Shown piece after piece: positions 1 to 9,377 of a stretch of 64,000 nt of DNA. Under the pieces are notes generated by a model. The model was not told the DNA's origin. It made no database searches and worked only from the letters and a program-made list of their open reading frames with translations. A program made the position numbers and the translations under genes. The DNA lies in NCBI GenBank assembly GCA_025999215.1, contig AP024679.1:357645-421644 (forward strand), written 5' to 3'. This stretch comes from Candidatus Dojkabacteria bacterium (lineage in GTDB: Bacteria; Patescibacteriota; Dojkabacteria; J137). Positions within the stretch are counted from its first letter, which is position 1; each line of letters starts with the position of its first letter.

Positions 1-569
1 TTAATATTGGGACTTTCTTGTAATAAATTAAAAATAAGGGAATCAGAGTTTAGTATCAATTGAGTATCAGATTCGAGAAAAGATAAAAGTGAACTATTAA
101 AATTTTTTCTAAATAAATTTTGAGAAGTTAATCCGAACAAAAAGTCTTGGTTATCGCTAAAATAAATTTCTAGTGCGTCTAAAATTTTATTATATTTGGG
201 CTTTTCCAAGAAAAGATGAACATTTACATCTGTAACCAAACCATTTTTCACTGAAGTAAAAGTCTCAAATTTTTGATATTGAGGCTTCACAATTTCAACT
301 ATGTATTCACCCTCTGGAATTCCTGTAACCACATTATCTACGGTAGGTTTTTCTTTACCGTTAATATAAACTTTAAAATCTTTAACATTTGATCTAATTC
401 TAATACTGCCAGATGGGACAACTTCGCCTTCTTTAATGTTGATTAAATTGCCCTGAACTACGACCAAAGTAACCACACCTAAAATACTAAAAAAAGTTGC
501 AAGAAAAAAGGTTAAAAACCTTACCCAGATCGGGTTGTAGCGATATGTATACTGATCTGTTTTTTTCAT
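1..569 (-). CDS. Membrane-anchored PEGA-domain protein (runs off the left edge)
   Basis: Manual translation from ATG 569: MKKTDQYTYRYNPIWVRFLTFFLATFFSILGVVTLVVVQG...SGSIRIRSNVKDFKVYINGK...GIPEGEYIVEIVKPQY; one TM helix then a PEGA-type pattern; no stop before position 1. Confidence 0.65.
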   Translation of the reverse strand, partial: MKKTDQYTYRYNPIWVRFLTFFLATFFSILGVVTLVVVQGNLINIKEGEVVPSGSIRIRSNVKDFKVYINGKEKPTVDNVVTGIPEGEYIVEIVKPQYQKFETFTSVKNGLVTDVNVHLFLEKPKYNKILDALEIYFSDNQDFLFGLTSQNLFRKNFNSSLLSFLESDTQLILNSDSLIFNLLQESPNI

Positions 570-659
570 TTTAACTTCGAATTTACTCAAGAATTTTAAC
601 AGAAAAGTTAGTGTGAATAAAATTGTTTTTGTGTTACAATGAAGCATTAGATTACAGTT

Positions 660-1553
660 ATGAAGAAAGTACTTGTTTTGAAAACTAAAAAAGTAAATCC
701 AGCTGATTCTTTGGTTGTAGAGTTAAGTAAATTTTGTGATAAAGATTTCCTAATTGATTTTGCATCACTTCATCAAGACATTGTTTTTAAATTTGTCAAT
801 GGTGCTGAGATTTTCGTCAATGGAAAAAATATTTTAGAATATGATTTAGTTTATTTTAGATCATGGTTTGGGCACTATAAAATTGCTACTGCAGTGTCAA
901 AATATTTGATAGATAATGGTATACCAGTGATAGATTCTGCTTTGCAAAATATATCATTAGGTGGAGTTACCAAAATCTATCAATTTTTAGTGCTAGTTCA
1001 AAATAATTTTCCAGTACCTAAATCTTATGTATTACATCGAGACAATATAAAGAATTTTTTAGATGAAGCAGTTGATGCTTTGGGTGGTTACCCGTTGATA
1101 ATAAAGAAGCACGATGGACACAAAGGTGAAGGAATACATAAAGTTGACAGTGAAAGTGAATTTTATGAAATTTTACCTAATTTAGAGGATAATTATTATT
1201 TTTTACAAGAGTTTATACCAAATGATTTTGACTATAGAGTATTGATTATGGGTAATAAAGTTGTAAGACTAAAGAAAAGAATTAGACCAGAAAACTCAAC
1301 CGATTTTAGAAATAATGTTGCATTAGGAGCTAAAGTTGAATTGGAAGATCCAAAAAAAAATGAAACTGTCAGTAACTTAGGGCTTAAAGCTAGTAAGCTT
1401 TTACAAATTGATATTGCTGGGGTTGATATTGTTATTTCATCTAAAGACAACAAACTTTACATTTTTGAAGTTAATACAAACCCTTCCTTAAACAACGATA
1501 TCACCCAATATAAAGATTTGGCTAATTATTTAAAAAGTGTTGTTAATAATTAA
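660..1553 (+). CDS. RimK/LysX-family ATP-grasp ligase
   Basis: Motifs YPLIIKKHDGHKGEG, LQEFIPNDFDYRV, FRNNVALG, AGVDIV, FEVNTNP. Confidence 0.85.
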   Translation: MKKVLVLKTKKVNPADSLVVELSKFCDKDFLIDFASLHQDIVFKFVNGAEIFVNGKNILEYDLVYFRSWFGHYKIATAVSKYLIDNGIPVIDSALQNISLGGVTKIYQFLVLVQNNFPVPKSYVLHRDNIKNFLDEAVDALGGYPLIIKKHDGHKGEGIHKVDSESEFYEILPNLEDNYYFLQEFIPNDFDYRVLIMGNKVVRLKKRIRPENSTDFRNNVALGAKVELEDPKKNETVSNLGLKASKLLQIDIAGVDIVISSKDNKLYIFEVNTNPSLNNDITQYKDLANYLKSVVNN

Positions 1554-1752
1554 TTAATTTATAAAAAACGAGTATAAAGATATAACAAAAAATACCTTTA
1601 TCGTTACATAACCTGGAAGCTTTGTAGTCTAATAAAACTGTTACATTCCATAAAAATAAAAGAACAGATTACAAATTTTTGAAAAATGAAGGTTTTGAGA
1701 GAATTTGTAAATATAAACATTAAGTTAGAAATAAAAATTTCTATATAATTTA

Positions 1753-2754
1753 CTAATTTGTGTATTGTTTTATTACTGCATTAATAATTTTTGTAGCGAC
1801 ATCTATAGCCTCTCCATAATCTGGATAATGATGAAAATCTAGTGAAGGTTCGGCATTAATTTCGATTATACTAAATTCTTCAGAACTTATATCTGGTGAA
1901 ATTACATCAACCCCTATTAGATTCAAATTAACATCCAAAAGCATCTTGGATATCATGTAAATTATTTTTGGGTTTACTTCCTTTGTTACTTCAGTTACCG
2001 TTTCTAGATTACTAAAATCCTTATCAACAAAAACTTTCTCATCTTGTTTCGGGATATATGCTAAAGATTCGATTCCTTGTGATTTTAAAAAATTCATTAA
2101 TCTTTGATCTTTTTTAATTCTTCCAACATCTCTTTCAGACTGATCTAAAAATTTATTTTTCCAATTAATTAATGTATCGAGTTGTGAATTACCGTCTCCA
2201 ATAATAAAGCCAGGTTCTCGCTTTAGTGCGCCTATAAGGTTTCCTTCTAAAAATAATAAGCGATAAACATCGCCTGGTATAAACTGTTCAAAAAGTACGC
2301 CTGAATACTTTTTATTTGGAGCAGTGGTAATATTTTGAAAAGCTTCAAGAGCTTTTTCTCTGGTATTTATATCAAGGAAAATATTTTGGCTTTTCATCCC
2401 GTTTGTAGGTTTTGCAATGATTCTTTTATGTTTTTTTAATAACTTATCAATGTTATTTATATTCTGTTGGTTTAATCCAGATTTTTTATAAATATGCACA
2501 TAATTTGGGGTAGGCAAATTATACAATGTAAATAGTTTTTTACAAATAAATTTGTTTTTGGTTAGAGGACGAGCCGATTGATTATTTAAAGGGGTTTGAA
2601 TAGCTTTGAAATATAATAATTTATTTGATACTTTAACTGTAAAACTGTTATTATAAGAATCAATATCTATGATGTCTAAATTTTTATTCAGACATGCTTG
2701 TAGCAACAATCTACAGGATGGTTTCATTAGTTTTATTTTTGTATCTTTATCCAT
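1753..2754 (-). CDS. Stand-alone ATP-grasp ligase resembling the cyanophycin synthetase / GshF ATP-grasp domain
   Basis: Motifs KNKFICKKLF, IAKPTNG, FEQFIPGDVYRL, IIGDGNSQL, GVDVISPDIS, IIEINAEPSLDFHHYP. Confidence 0.75.
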   Translation of the reverse strand: MDKDTKIKLMKPSCRLLLQACLNKNLDIIDIDSYNNSFTVKVSNKLLYFKAIQTPLNNQSARPLTKNKFICKKLFTLYNLPTPNYVHIYKKSGLNQQNINNIDKLLKKHKRIIAKPTNGMKSQNIFLDINTREKALEAFQNITTAPNKKYSGVLFEQFIPGDVYRLLFLEGNLIGALKREPGFIIGDGNSQLDTLINWKNKFLDQSERDVGRIKKDQRLMNFLKSQGIESLAYIPKQDEKVFVDKDFSNLETVTEVTKEVNPKIIYMISKMLLDVNLNLIGVDVISPDISSEEFSIIEINAEPSLDFHHYPDYGEAIDVATKIINAVIKQYTN

Positions 2755-2873
2755 AATATTTAGTTTTAAAAATTACAATACATTAAAGTACTCTGAAAAA
2801 AACATGCTTCAATTTTATAACACAAAGTTATTAAATTAAAATATTGAAACACATTGCTTCTTTAATAATTCTA

Positions 2874-3737
2874 TTAAGATTTCGATAATAAATAATTTAA
2901 TATTTTTTCTGCTAAGTTGATTTTTGTAATTTCTTCAAAAGCTTTAAATCCGGGGCTTGAATTAACTTCTAAAACCAAAGGTTTTTCATCCTTGTAGATT
3001 ATATCAATACCAGAAAATTCTAAGCCTGTTGCCTTAATTATTAATTTACAAATTTCATACATATTAGGAGCAATATGCACTTTCTCAATAGCGCTACCAG
3101 AATTAGTAACAATTGCATTTTTTTTTGCTATTCTTTTATAGCCACCAATAATTTCATATCCCAGGGTAATAATTCTGTAACTTTCTTTAATTTCACCTGT
3201 ATCTACAAAGTCTTGAAACATATATTTACTAATGTGGTCATTCAACTTTGATTTAAGTTCTTCGAGACTGTTAACTTTGTAAATTTCCATTCCTAAACTT
3301 TTGCTGGAGTGTTTTAGAATCACAGGGAATTTGATTTTATATGCGTTTTGCTCCAAAGCTTCAATGGTTGGGAATACGTGTGTATTAATTATTGGTACAT
3401 TGTACAAACTTAGCTTAGCATACGTATCTAGTTTAAGAGAAAATGGATATTTAAACGAGCCGTTTAAAACGATTTTATTCATACTCTGTAAATAATTTCG
3501 CAAACTCTGACTAAGGTGCTTATACTTTGACCCAGAGCTCCTAAAAATATAATGAGTACCATCTAAAACATTTTTACCTTTAGCTGTGGCAATAAGCTTA
3601 TTATCTCTAAACTCTATAATGATATCAGAGTATTTAAAATGTTCAAAAGCAATATTTTTTTTGTTACATTCTTCTCGAAATCTACGAGACGAATAAGAAT
3701 TATAATCTATTTCAGCTAACAATATTACTTTTTTCAT
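2874..3737 (-). CDS. RimK-family ATP-grasp ligase
   Basis: Motifs FPVILK, FQDFV, SGIDII, VLEVNSSPGFKAFEEITKINLAEKI (RimK-like C-terminus). Confidence 0.85.
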   Translation of the reverse strand: MKKVILLAEIDYNSYSSRRFREECNKKNIAFEHFKYSDIIIEFRDNKLIATAKGKNVLDGTHYIFRSSGSKYKHLSQSLRNYLQSMNKIVLNGSFKYPFSLKLDTYAKLSLYNVPIINTHVFPTIEALEQNAYKIKFPVILKHSSKSLGMEIYKVNSLEELKSKLNDHISKYMFQDFVDTGEIKESYRIITLGYEIIGGYKRIAKKNAIVTNSGSAIEKVHIAPNMYEICKLIIKATGLEFSGIDIIYKDEKPLVLEVNSSPGFKAFEEITKINLAEKILNYLLSKS

Positions 3738-3754
3738 AAAAAAAAGATAAAAAA

Positions 3755-5167
3755 TTATGATTTGGTTACGTCAATTATAAAATTTTTAAGGTCAGCCCTC
3801 CCAATAATCATTTTGTAACTTAGATGTGATCTATCTATTATTGTGACATTGGTATCAAATTGAACATCAGATAACTTGATTTTTATTGAAACGATTGGCC
3901 TCAAAGTAATACCATTTCCAGATTTTACAATAGAACGTGCAATTATTTGAGGATGTTCCTTTATTTTACCTTCCTTTATTAATTCATCTCTTTTTTTTGT
4001 TACTGATTTTGCTTCTTCCATAGTTTTGAAAATAGGGTATTTAAATGAATTAAAATAATCTATTATGTCACCATAGCCTAATTCTCGCATTAGGTTTTCG
4101 TCTATTGAAGTTCTATAAGCACCAGTATCTATTTTAGCAAGAACTTCTACGCTTTTACCATTTAGTCCTGTTAGGGTAACTTTTTCATAAATACCAATAA
4201 GTTCTTTTCCGGATAATGTTTCAATTTCTTCTTCAATTTCACCACCAAATAAATCTTTAGCTAATCTAACACCTTTTTCCGTTGTTTTTACTTTAATTCC
4301 ACTTGCTTTTTTAAGTCTCCACCTTAAACCATCATCATTGGCTAGTTGTATTGACAGTCCTGGTCTTGCGTTTAATTCAACAATCAAAGGGCCTTTATCT
4401 TGATCAATCAAAAAGTCTACTGCTACAAAACCAAGCCCGCTCACTTTAGATGCCTCAATAGCATACCTTAGAATTTTGTCCCAATACGGAATTTTTATAC
4501 CAGATAGGGCAAGTTTATTGTCAGGATGTTTTTGGATTGGCGTTGCTTTTCCAATGATTGCATTTGTGGTTTTCCCTATTGCCATGTCAATCCCTGCGCC
4601 AATGGCCCCTCTATCTAGGTTTGCTTTTCCTTCAGATTCTTTTGTGGGAAAACGAACATAAGACATTACTGGAATTTTGTTAAAAACAATTACTCTTACA
4701 TCAGCAGCACCGCGAAAAGAGTAGGGCTTGAGATTTTTATGTTGTCTCACCCTTTCTTCAATTAAAACTATATCTGGTTGATTAAACAGAGAAAATTTAC
4801 CATCTAAAATATCCCTGATATGGTGCTTAATTGATTCTACTGAATGTCTAGAACTATCAGATTTAATCCAATTACCGTTTTCGTCTCGGTTATAGAAAAT
4901 TTCAACACCGCCTCCCCTAACTCCATGAACAGGTTTTATTACAAATGATTTAGGTAAGGTGTCAAAGTCGAACTGAGATAATTCCCATCTATTTTTAATA
5001 ATTGCTATTTTTGATGGAGTTGGAATTTTGTGTTTATTTAAAATTTTTTTAGTCAACACTTTATCGTCAGCTATTTTGATGGCTGAACGTAAATTAAATG
5101 GCCTTATATACTCGAGATACCGCTCGTTTAAACCAAGAACTTTTTTGGCGTTTTTTGTTCTAAACAT
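3755..5167 (-). CDS. Alpha-L-glutamate ligase-like ATP-grasp fused to a C-terminal retropepsin-like (RimK-associated) aspartic protease domain
   Basis: VLGLNER...ADDK, FVIKPVHGVRGGG, GKANLDRGAIGAGID, VELNARPGLSIQLAN; C-terminal AKIDTGAYRTSID...DRSHLSYKMIIGR. Confidence 0.85.
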   Translation of the reverse strand: MFRTKNAKKVLGLNERYLEYIRPFNLRSAIKIADDKVLTKKILNKHKIPTPSKIAIIKNRWELSQFDFDTLPKSFVIKPVHGVRGGGVEIFYNRDENGNWIKSDSSRHSVESIKHHIRDILDGKFSLFNQPDIVLIEERVRQHKNLKPYSFRGAADVRVIVFNKIPVMSYVRFPTKESEGKANLDRGAIGAGIDMAIGKTTNAIIGKATPIQKHPDNKLALSGIKIPYWDKILRYAIEASKVSGLGFVAVDFLIDQDKGPLIVELNARPGLSIQLANDDGLRWRLKKASGIKVKTTEKGVRLAKDLFGGEIEEEIETLSGKELIGIYEKVTLTGLNGKSVEVLAKIDTGAYRTSIDENLMRELGYGDIIDYFNSFKYPIFKTMEEAKSVTKKRDELIKEGKIKEHPQIIARSIVKSGNGITLRPIVSIKIKLSDVQFDTNVTIIDRSHLSYKMIIGRADLKNFIIDVTKS

Positions 5168-5168
5168 A

Positions 5169-5873
5169 TTATCTAGGTCTGAAAATCAGAGATCTAAATC
5201 GCCAGTATTCGCTTAAACGTAAACCTTTGTAAGTGCCGATATACATGTTGGCACCAATTATGGCGATTAAAACTAAAATGGGGTAGTTAAATATTAATTC
5301 GTGTAGCGGTTTTGCGCTAATGATTAAAAAACTTAATATGCTAATGATTAAAGTTTGTAAACTAATGTAAAAAGCATATTTAAAATTCTTTCTTGCAAAT
5401 ACTGCAAAAAATCCTTCACACAAAATAATCATCATTACTAATGTGAAAAAATTTACATAAATTAATCCGTATTCATCTATTAAAGTTCCATAAATCATTG
5501 AGGCTATTACACTAATTGATACAGCAGTAACGATTAAAGTTGTTTTAGGTATGTAGTGCATTCTCAGAGGTTTTAATACCCAATAATAAATTGCACCAGT
5601 AGTAATAAAAACAATTAGAAAAAGCACTACCCCTAATTTGATGCTATTTTCTATATCCGGTTTTGTGCTTACTCCTTCTGTGCCTATTTCGTATATTGCA
5701 AAAGGGATGATCAATGGGGCATAAGTGTTAATTGTTTTGAGCCCAAGTAAGTGTCTGCTAAATCCAACCAAAGTCGAAACAATTGGAAGCATCATCAACA
5801 ACAAAAAGGTTTGTTTAATTGAATCAATCTCTGTTACTCCAGCATCCAAAAGTATATTCCAAATTACATCCAT
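5169..5873 (-). CDS. Multi-pass membrane protein of the 7TM transglutaminase-associated family
   Basis: About 7 hydrophobic segments; LLMMLP...RHLLGLKT and C-terminal GTYKGLRLSEYWRF; ends 1 nt before the start of the ATP-grasp gene. Confidence 0.8.
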   Translation of the reverse strand: MDVIWNILLDAGVTEIDSIKQTFLLLMMLPIVSTLVGFSRHLLGLKTINTYAPLIIPFAIYEIGTEGVSTKPDIENSIKLGVVLFLIVFITTGAIYYWVLKPLRMHYIPKTTLIVTAVSISVIASMIYGTLIDEYGLIYVNFFTLVMMIILCEGFFAVFARKNFKYAFYISLQTLIISILSFLIISAKPLHELIFNYPILVLIAIIGANMYIGTYKGLRLSEYWRFRSLIFRPR

Positions 5874-5930
5874 AGATATTAATTAACTCGCAAATTATAC
5901 CATATTTCTTAAAAATTTTCTATTTTTTAA

Positions 5931-5966
5931 AACAAACAGGCGGGGAAATAACCCCGCCTGTTTGTT
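5931..5966. terminator. Intrinsic terminator after rplL (symmetric, probably bidirectional)
   Basis: Perfect 15-bp stem AACAAACAGGCGGGG-aaataa-CCCCGCCTGTTTGTT. Confidence 0.85.
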
Positions 5967-5983
5967 AAGTTTTTGTCAAAGAA

Positions 5984-6388
5984 TTATTTCAATTCTACAG
6001 TTGCTCCAGCTTCTTCTAATTCTTTCTTTACTTTTTCAGCATCTTCTTTCTTTACACCTTCTTTAACTGGTTTTGGAGCAGAGTCAACCAAAGCTTTCGC
6101 TTCAGCCAAACCTAAGCCTGTGATATTTTTAACAACTTTAATTACAGCTATTTTATTTGCTGGTGACCCTACACCTGTCAAAACTACATCAAACTCAGTT
6201 TTTTCTTCTTGAGGTTCTGCACCAGCCGCCCCAGCAACGGGCATTCCTACAGCCATAGGAGCTGCTGCTGTAACATCAAACTCTTCTTCCAAAGCTTTTT
6301 TAAGTTCAAAAGCCTCCACTACTGAGAGTTCTTTTATGCTATCAACGATAGCTTGTACTTTACTGCTTACTTTTTTTTCTTCAGCCAT
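5984..6388 (-). CDS. rplL: 50S ribosomal protein bL12
   Basis: [41 protein letters not shown]. Confidence 0.98.
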   Translation of the reverse strand: MAEEKKVSSKVQAIVDSIKELSVVEAFELKKALEEEFDVTAAAPMAVGMPVAGAAGAEPQEEKTEFDVVLTGVGSPANKIAVIKVVKNITGLGLAEAKALVDSAPKPVKEGVKKEDAEKVKKELEEAGATVELK

Positions 6389-6411
6389 TGTATTTAAAAT
6401 AAAATATAAAT

Positions 6412-6948
6412 TTAATTTTTGTCTTTAAAAGCTTGGTCGATTATAGATACATAAGACTGCACACTGTTTTGTAAAACATTTGCGACTCCAGCCACAGCTT
6501 GATCAAGTATTCCCAAAATCATTGCGACACTACCTTGAACTGTAGGTATGTCAGCAAGCTGCTCGACCATATCTTTTTCTAACAATTCTCCATTTAAAAT
6601 TCCTTTTACAATTTTGACACGAGGGTCTTTTTCTTCTTTTGTTTCTTCAATAAAAGCTTTGAGGGCTTTACTTGCATTTACATAATCTTCTGTTGTAAAC
6701 ATTACAGCATTCATTCCATTATCAAGACCATCAATTTCAGGTAACTTTGCATTTTTAAGTGCTATTTTAAACAATGTATTTTTAACTACATGAAAAGATC
6801 CACCAAAATCATAGAGCTTTTTTCTAAAATTATTCACTTCATTTGGCGTGAGTCTTTCAGGTTTTACCACCACTATACACTCAGCGTTTTGTAATTTTTC
6901 AGTGTAGTAGTCTATTATCTCTTTTTTCTGATTTTTATTTTTAGCCAT
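6412..6948 (-). CDS. rplJ: 50S ribosomal protein uL10
   Basis: [10 protein letters not shown] motif; located between rplA and rplL. Confidence 0.95.
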   Translation of the reverse strand: MAKNKNQKKEIIDYYTEKLQNAECIVVVKPERLTPNEVNNFRKKLYDFGGSFHVVKNTLFKIALKNAKLPEIDGLDNGMNAVMFTTEDYVNASKALKAFIEETKEEKDPRVKIVKGILNGELLEKDMVEQLADIPTVQGSVAMILGILDQAVAGVANVLQNSVQSYVSIIDQAFKDKN

Positions 6949-6965
6949 AAGTATTTATTATAAAA

Positions 6966-7076
6966 ACAAAAAAGCGTCCACCACAGAGACGCACTAACAA
7001 AAAATATGTTTAGCTTCAGCGTCTCGGCAGGATTTATGCATCAAAGCAACCTGCTGTCTTAAACCTGTCTTAAACG
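6966..7076 (-). promoter_or_regulatory. L10 leader RNA with attenuator
   Basis: Transcript UAAGACAGCAGG...UAAAUCCUGCCGAG matches the L10-leader core; followed by alternative pairings GAGACGC/GCGUCUC and a terminator GCGUCU-N7-GGACGC-UUUUUU. Confidence 0.8.
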
Positions 7077-7082
7077 TATAAT

Positions 7083-7775
7083 TTAAATTTGATTCATTAT
7101 ATCATAAACATCCACTCTAATGCTAGCCCCCATTGTAGGTTTTAGTACAACCTGTTTGATTGGGTTACTAGAAAACTTCTTAGCTTCACTGTTTACTGCT
7201 CTTATAAATGATAAAATGTTATCTTTAATTTGATTTGGTTCCATATCCAATTTTGCAACTCTACCTCTAACAGTTCCTTGTTCTTGAGTCATTCTAAAGT
7301 TAACCCGACCTGATTTGAAGCTTTCTACTGCTTCAACAACATTTTGTGTAATTGTACCATTCTGTGGATTTGGCATCAAACCTTTTGGACCAAGAATTTT
7401 TCCTAATTTGGCAATTTTGGGCATTACGGCTGGTGTAGCAATCACAACATCGTACTCAACTTCACCATTTATAACTTTCTCTATCAAATCATCTAGACCT
7501 GCTTCAACAGCTCCTGCTTTTTTGGCATCATCAGCTTCTTTTTTGTCGGCAAAAACTATAACTTTTTGCGCTTCGCCAACTTGATGAGGTAAACTAACAC
7601 TTCCACGCAAACTTTCTTTTTTCTGGCTTTCTTTTAGATTAAGCTGAATATCAATATCAACGCTACCAACAAATTTGGAATATGAAACTTTTGGAAGTAA
7701 GCTGATTGCTTCATCTAAAGTTTTTAGTTCTCCTAATTGAAATTCTTCTCTAAATTTTTTTGTTTTATTATTCAT
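7083..7775 (-). CDS. rplA: 50S ribosomal protein uL1
   Basis: LRGSVSLPH, LGKILGPKGLMPNP, PTMG. Confidence 0.97.
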   Translation of the reverse strand: MNNKTKKFREEFQLGELKTLDEAISLLPKVSYSKFVGSVDIDIQLNLKESQKKESLRGSVSLPHQVGEAQKVIVFADKKEADDAKKAGAVEAGLDDLIEKVINGEVEYDVVIATPAVMPKIAKLGKILGPKGLMPNPQNGTITQNVVEAVESFKSGRVNFRMTQEQGTVRGRVAKLDMEPNQIKDNILSFIRAVNSEAKKFSSNPIKQVVLKPTMGASIRVDVYDIMNQI

Positions 7776-7778
7776 ATT

Positions 7779-8204
7779 TTAATCAGTAATTTCTAAACCA
7801 AGACTTTTTGCCGTTCCTTCAACAATTTTTATTGCTGAATCTAAATTGTTTGTGTTGAAATCGGCTAATTTTATTTCTGCAATTTCTTTTAATGCTTGTT
7901 TGGATATTTTACCAACTTTGTTTGTTGAAGGATTTGAAGATCCTTTTTGTATATTTGCTTTTTTCTTAAGCATACTCACAACCGTTGGTTTTTTGATAAC
8001 CATTTTAAAAGATCTATCTTTGTATACATGGACAATTACAGGAATAACACTATCTCCCATGTCTCGCGTTTTTTCATTAAATTCGCTGCAAAAAGACTGA
8101 ATATCAATTCCGTTTTGTCCAAGCATTGGACCCAAAGGTGGAGCTGGGTTAGCTTTACCTGCAGGTATAAGTAATTTTAATGATTTAACTAATTCTTTTG
8201 CCAT
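7779..8204 (-). CDS. rplK: 50S ribosomal protein uL11
   Basis: AGKANPAPPLGPMLGQ, GTAKSLG. Confidence 0.98.
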   Translation of the reverse strand: MAKELVKSLKLLIPAGKANPAPPLGPMLGQNGIDIQSFCSEFNEKTRDMGDSVIPVIVHVYKDRSFKMVIKKPTVVSMLKKKANIQKGSSNPSTNKVGKISKQALKEIAEIKLADFNTNNLDSAIKIVEGTAKSLGLEITD

Positions 8205-8205
8205 T

Positions 8206-8805
8206 CTATATTTTTGTAACTTGTAAAAAATCTAATTCTACAGGAACCTCACGTCCGAACATTGAAATCAAGACTGTGACTTGTCCCTTACTTTCATTAA
8301 TATTTTGAATGCTACCGACAAAATCTTTAAATGGACCATCAACCACCTTTACAGCATCGTTAATAGAAAAAGGTGATTGGTAAGTCGTTGGTTGTTTAAT
8401 TTGAGTGAATGATTCTATTTCTTTATCTGTAAGAGGAGTTGGCTTATGTGAATGAGAAACTGAACCAATAAAACCTCTAACGCCTTCAGTATTTCTAATT
8501 ATATGCAAAACTTCTTCTGTAGCTACCATTTTGATTAGAATGTAGCCGGGATAAACCCTCTCTTCAACTGTTTGCTTTTTTCCTTTTTTAATAACAATTT
8601 TTTCTTGAGTTGGTACCACTATTGAAGCAACATTATCCTCCAAATTATTAGCAACTATTCTTTGTTCAATTAGTTTCGCTATCTTTTTTTCTTGTCCAGA
8701 TTTGCCATTGATTATATACCACCTATATTTTTCACCTTTTTTGTTGGTGTTCTTTTCGGTGTTTATTTGTTCATTCAAATTTTTTTCTGTATCTTTTTCA
8801 CTCAT
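8206..8805 (-). CDS. nusG: Transcription factor NusG (start moved to ATG 8805)
   Basis: NGN domain (WYIIN...YPGYILI) and KOW (VVDGPFKDF...FGREVPVELDF). Confidence 0.97.
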   Translation of the reverse strand: MSEKDTEKNLNEQINTEKNTNKKGEKYRWYIINGKSGQEKKIAKLIEQRIVANNLEDNVASIVVPTQEKIVIKKGKKQTVEERVYPGYILIKMVATEEVLHIIRNTEGVRGFIGSVSHSHKPTPLTDKEIESFTQIKQPTTYQSPFSINDAVKVVDGPFKDFVGSIQNINESKGQVTVLISMFGREVPVELDFLQVTKI

Positions 8806-8813
8806 AATTACAA

Positions 8814-9017
8814 TTATAATATACTTGTTAAAAATAACCAAGAGCGTATTTCAGTAAAAATTGCATCAATGCCTGCTATTAAAATAGTACCGGCCGTCAA
8901 GAAAAAAAGCACAGTAATGGTATACGATACTGTTTCTTTTTTTGACAACCAATCTACTTTTTTAAGTTCTTGTATTGTTTTCTCGAAAAAAGAGAAAATC
9001 ATTAAAGGTAATTTCAT
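8814..9017 (-). CDS. secE: Preprotein translocase SecE (start moved to ATG 9017)
   Basis: ELKKVDW motif plus one TM helix, between tRNA-Trp and nusG. Confidence 0.92.
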   Translation of the reverse strand: MKLPLMIFSFFEKTIQELKKVDWLSKKETVSYTITVLFFLTAGTILIAGIDAIFTEIRSWLFLTSIL

Positions 9018-9041
9018 TAGGTAATTATAACAATAATAATA

Positions 9042-9113
9042 CACGGGTGCTAGGACTCGAACCTAGAAAAACGGTTTTGGAGACCGTTGTGATACCAATT
9101 TCACCACACCCGT
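9042..9113 (-). tRNA. tRNA-Trp (CCA)
   Basis: ACGGGTG/CACCCGT acceptor stem, anticodon loop CTCCAAA, GTTCGAGT T-loop, G73; 3' CCA not encoded. Confidence 0.95.
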
Positions 9114-9128
9114 ACTCCAAGATCCTAG

Positions 9129-9311
9129 CTATTTAACCTTCTTTGTTAATTCAAATTCTACGTGTTTTCCTAATTTTCGACTGTACTTTTTAATAGGGTT
9201 TTTTAATAATTTCTCAAAAGCATTTTTACTTAACCTGACGGTGTAATGCTCACCTGTTTCTTTGTTGTAAAATCTATACACATTTGTTTTTTTATTTTTT
9301 TTCTTTGCCAT
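9129..9311 (-). CDS. rpmG: 50S ribosomal protein bL33, Cys-free form (start at ATG 9311)
   Basis: KETGEHYT...KKYSRKLGKHVEF; canonical position before tRNA-Trp-secE. Confidence 0.85.
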   Translation of the reverse strand: MAKKKNKKTNVYRFYNKETGEHYTVRLSKNAFEKLLKNPIKKYSRKLGKHVEFELTKKVK

Positions 9312-9377
9312 AACAAAATTGTAAAAGCAGTTAATTATAAATAAAAGTTTTTGATTTTGCAATTATTTTTTGTAATT

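Noticed and set aside
1604-1720. 38-codon minus-strand ORF (MFIFTNSLK...SFQVM) between ATP-grasp genes, as a possible graspetide precursor
   Set aside because: No TxKxPSD-like core, acidic acceptor pattern or leader motif, and the ligases look like RimK/CphA types; likely a chance ORF
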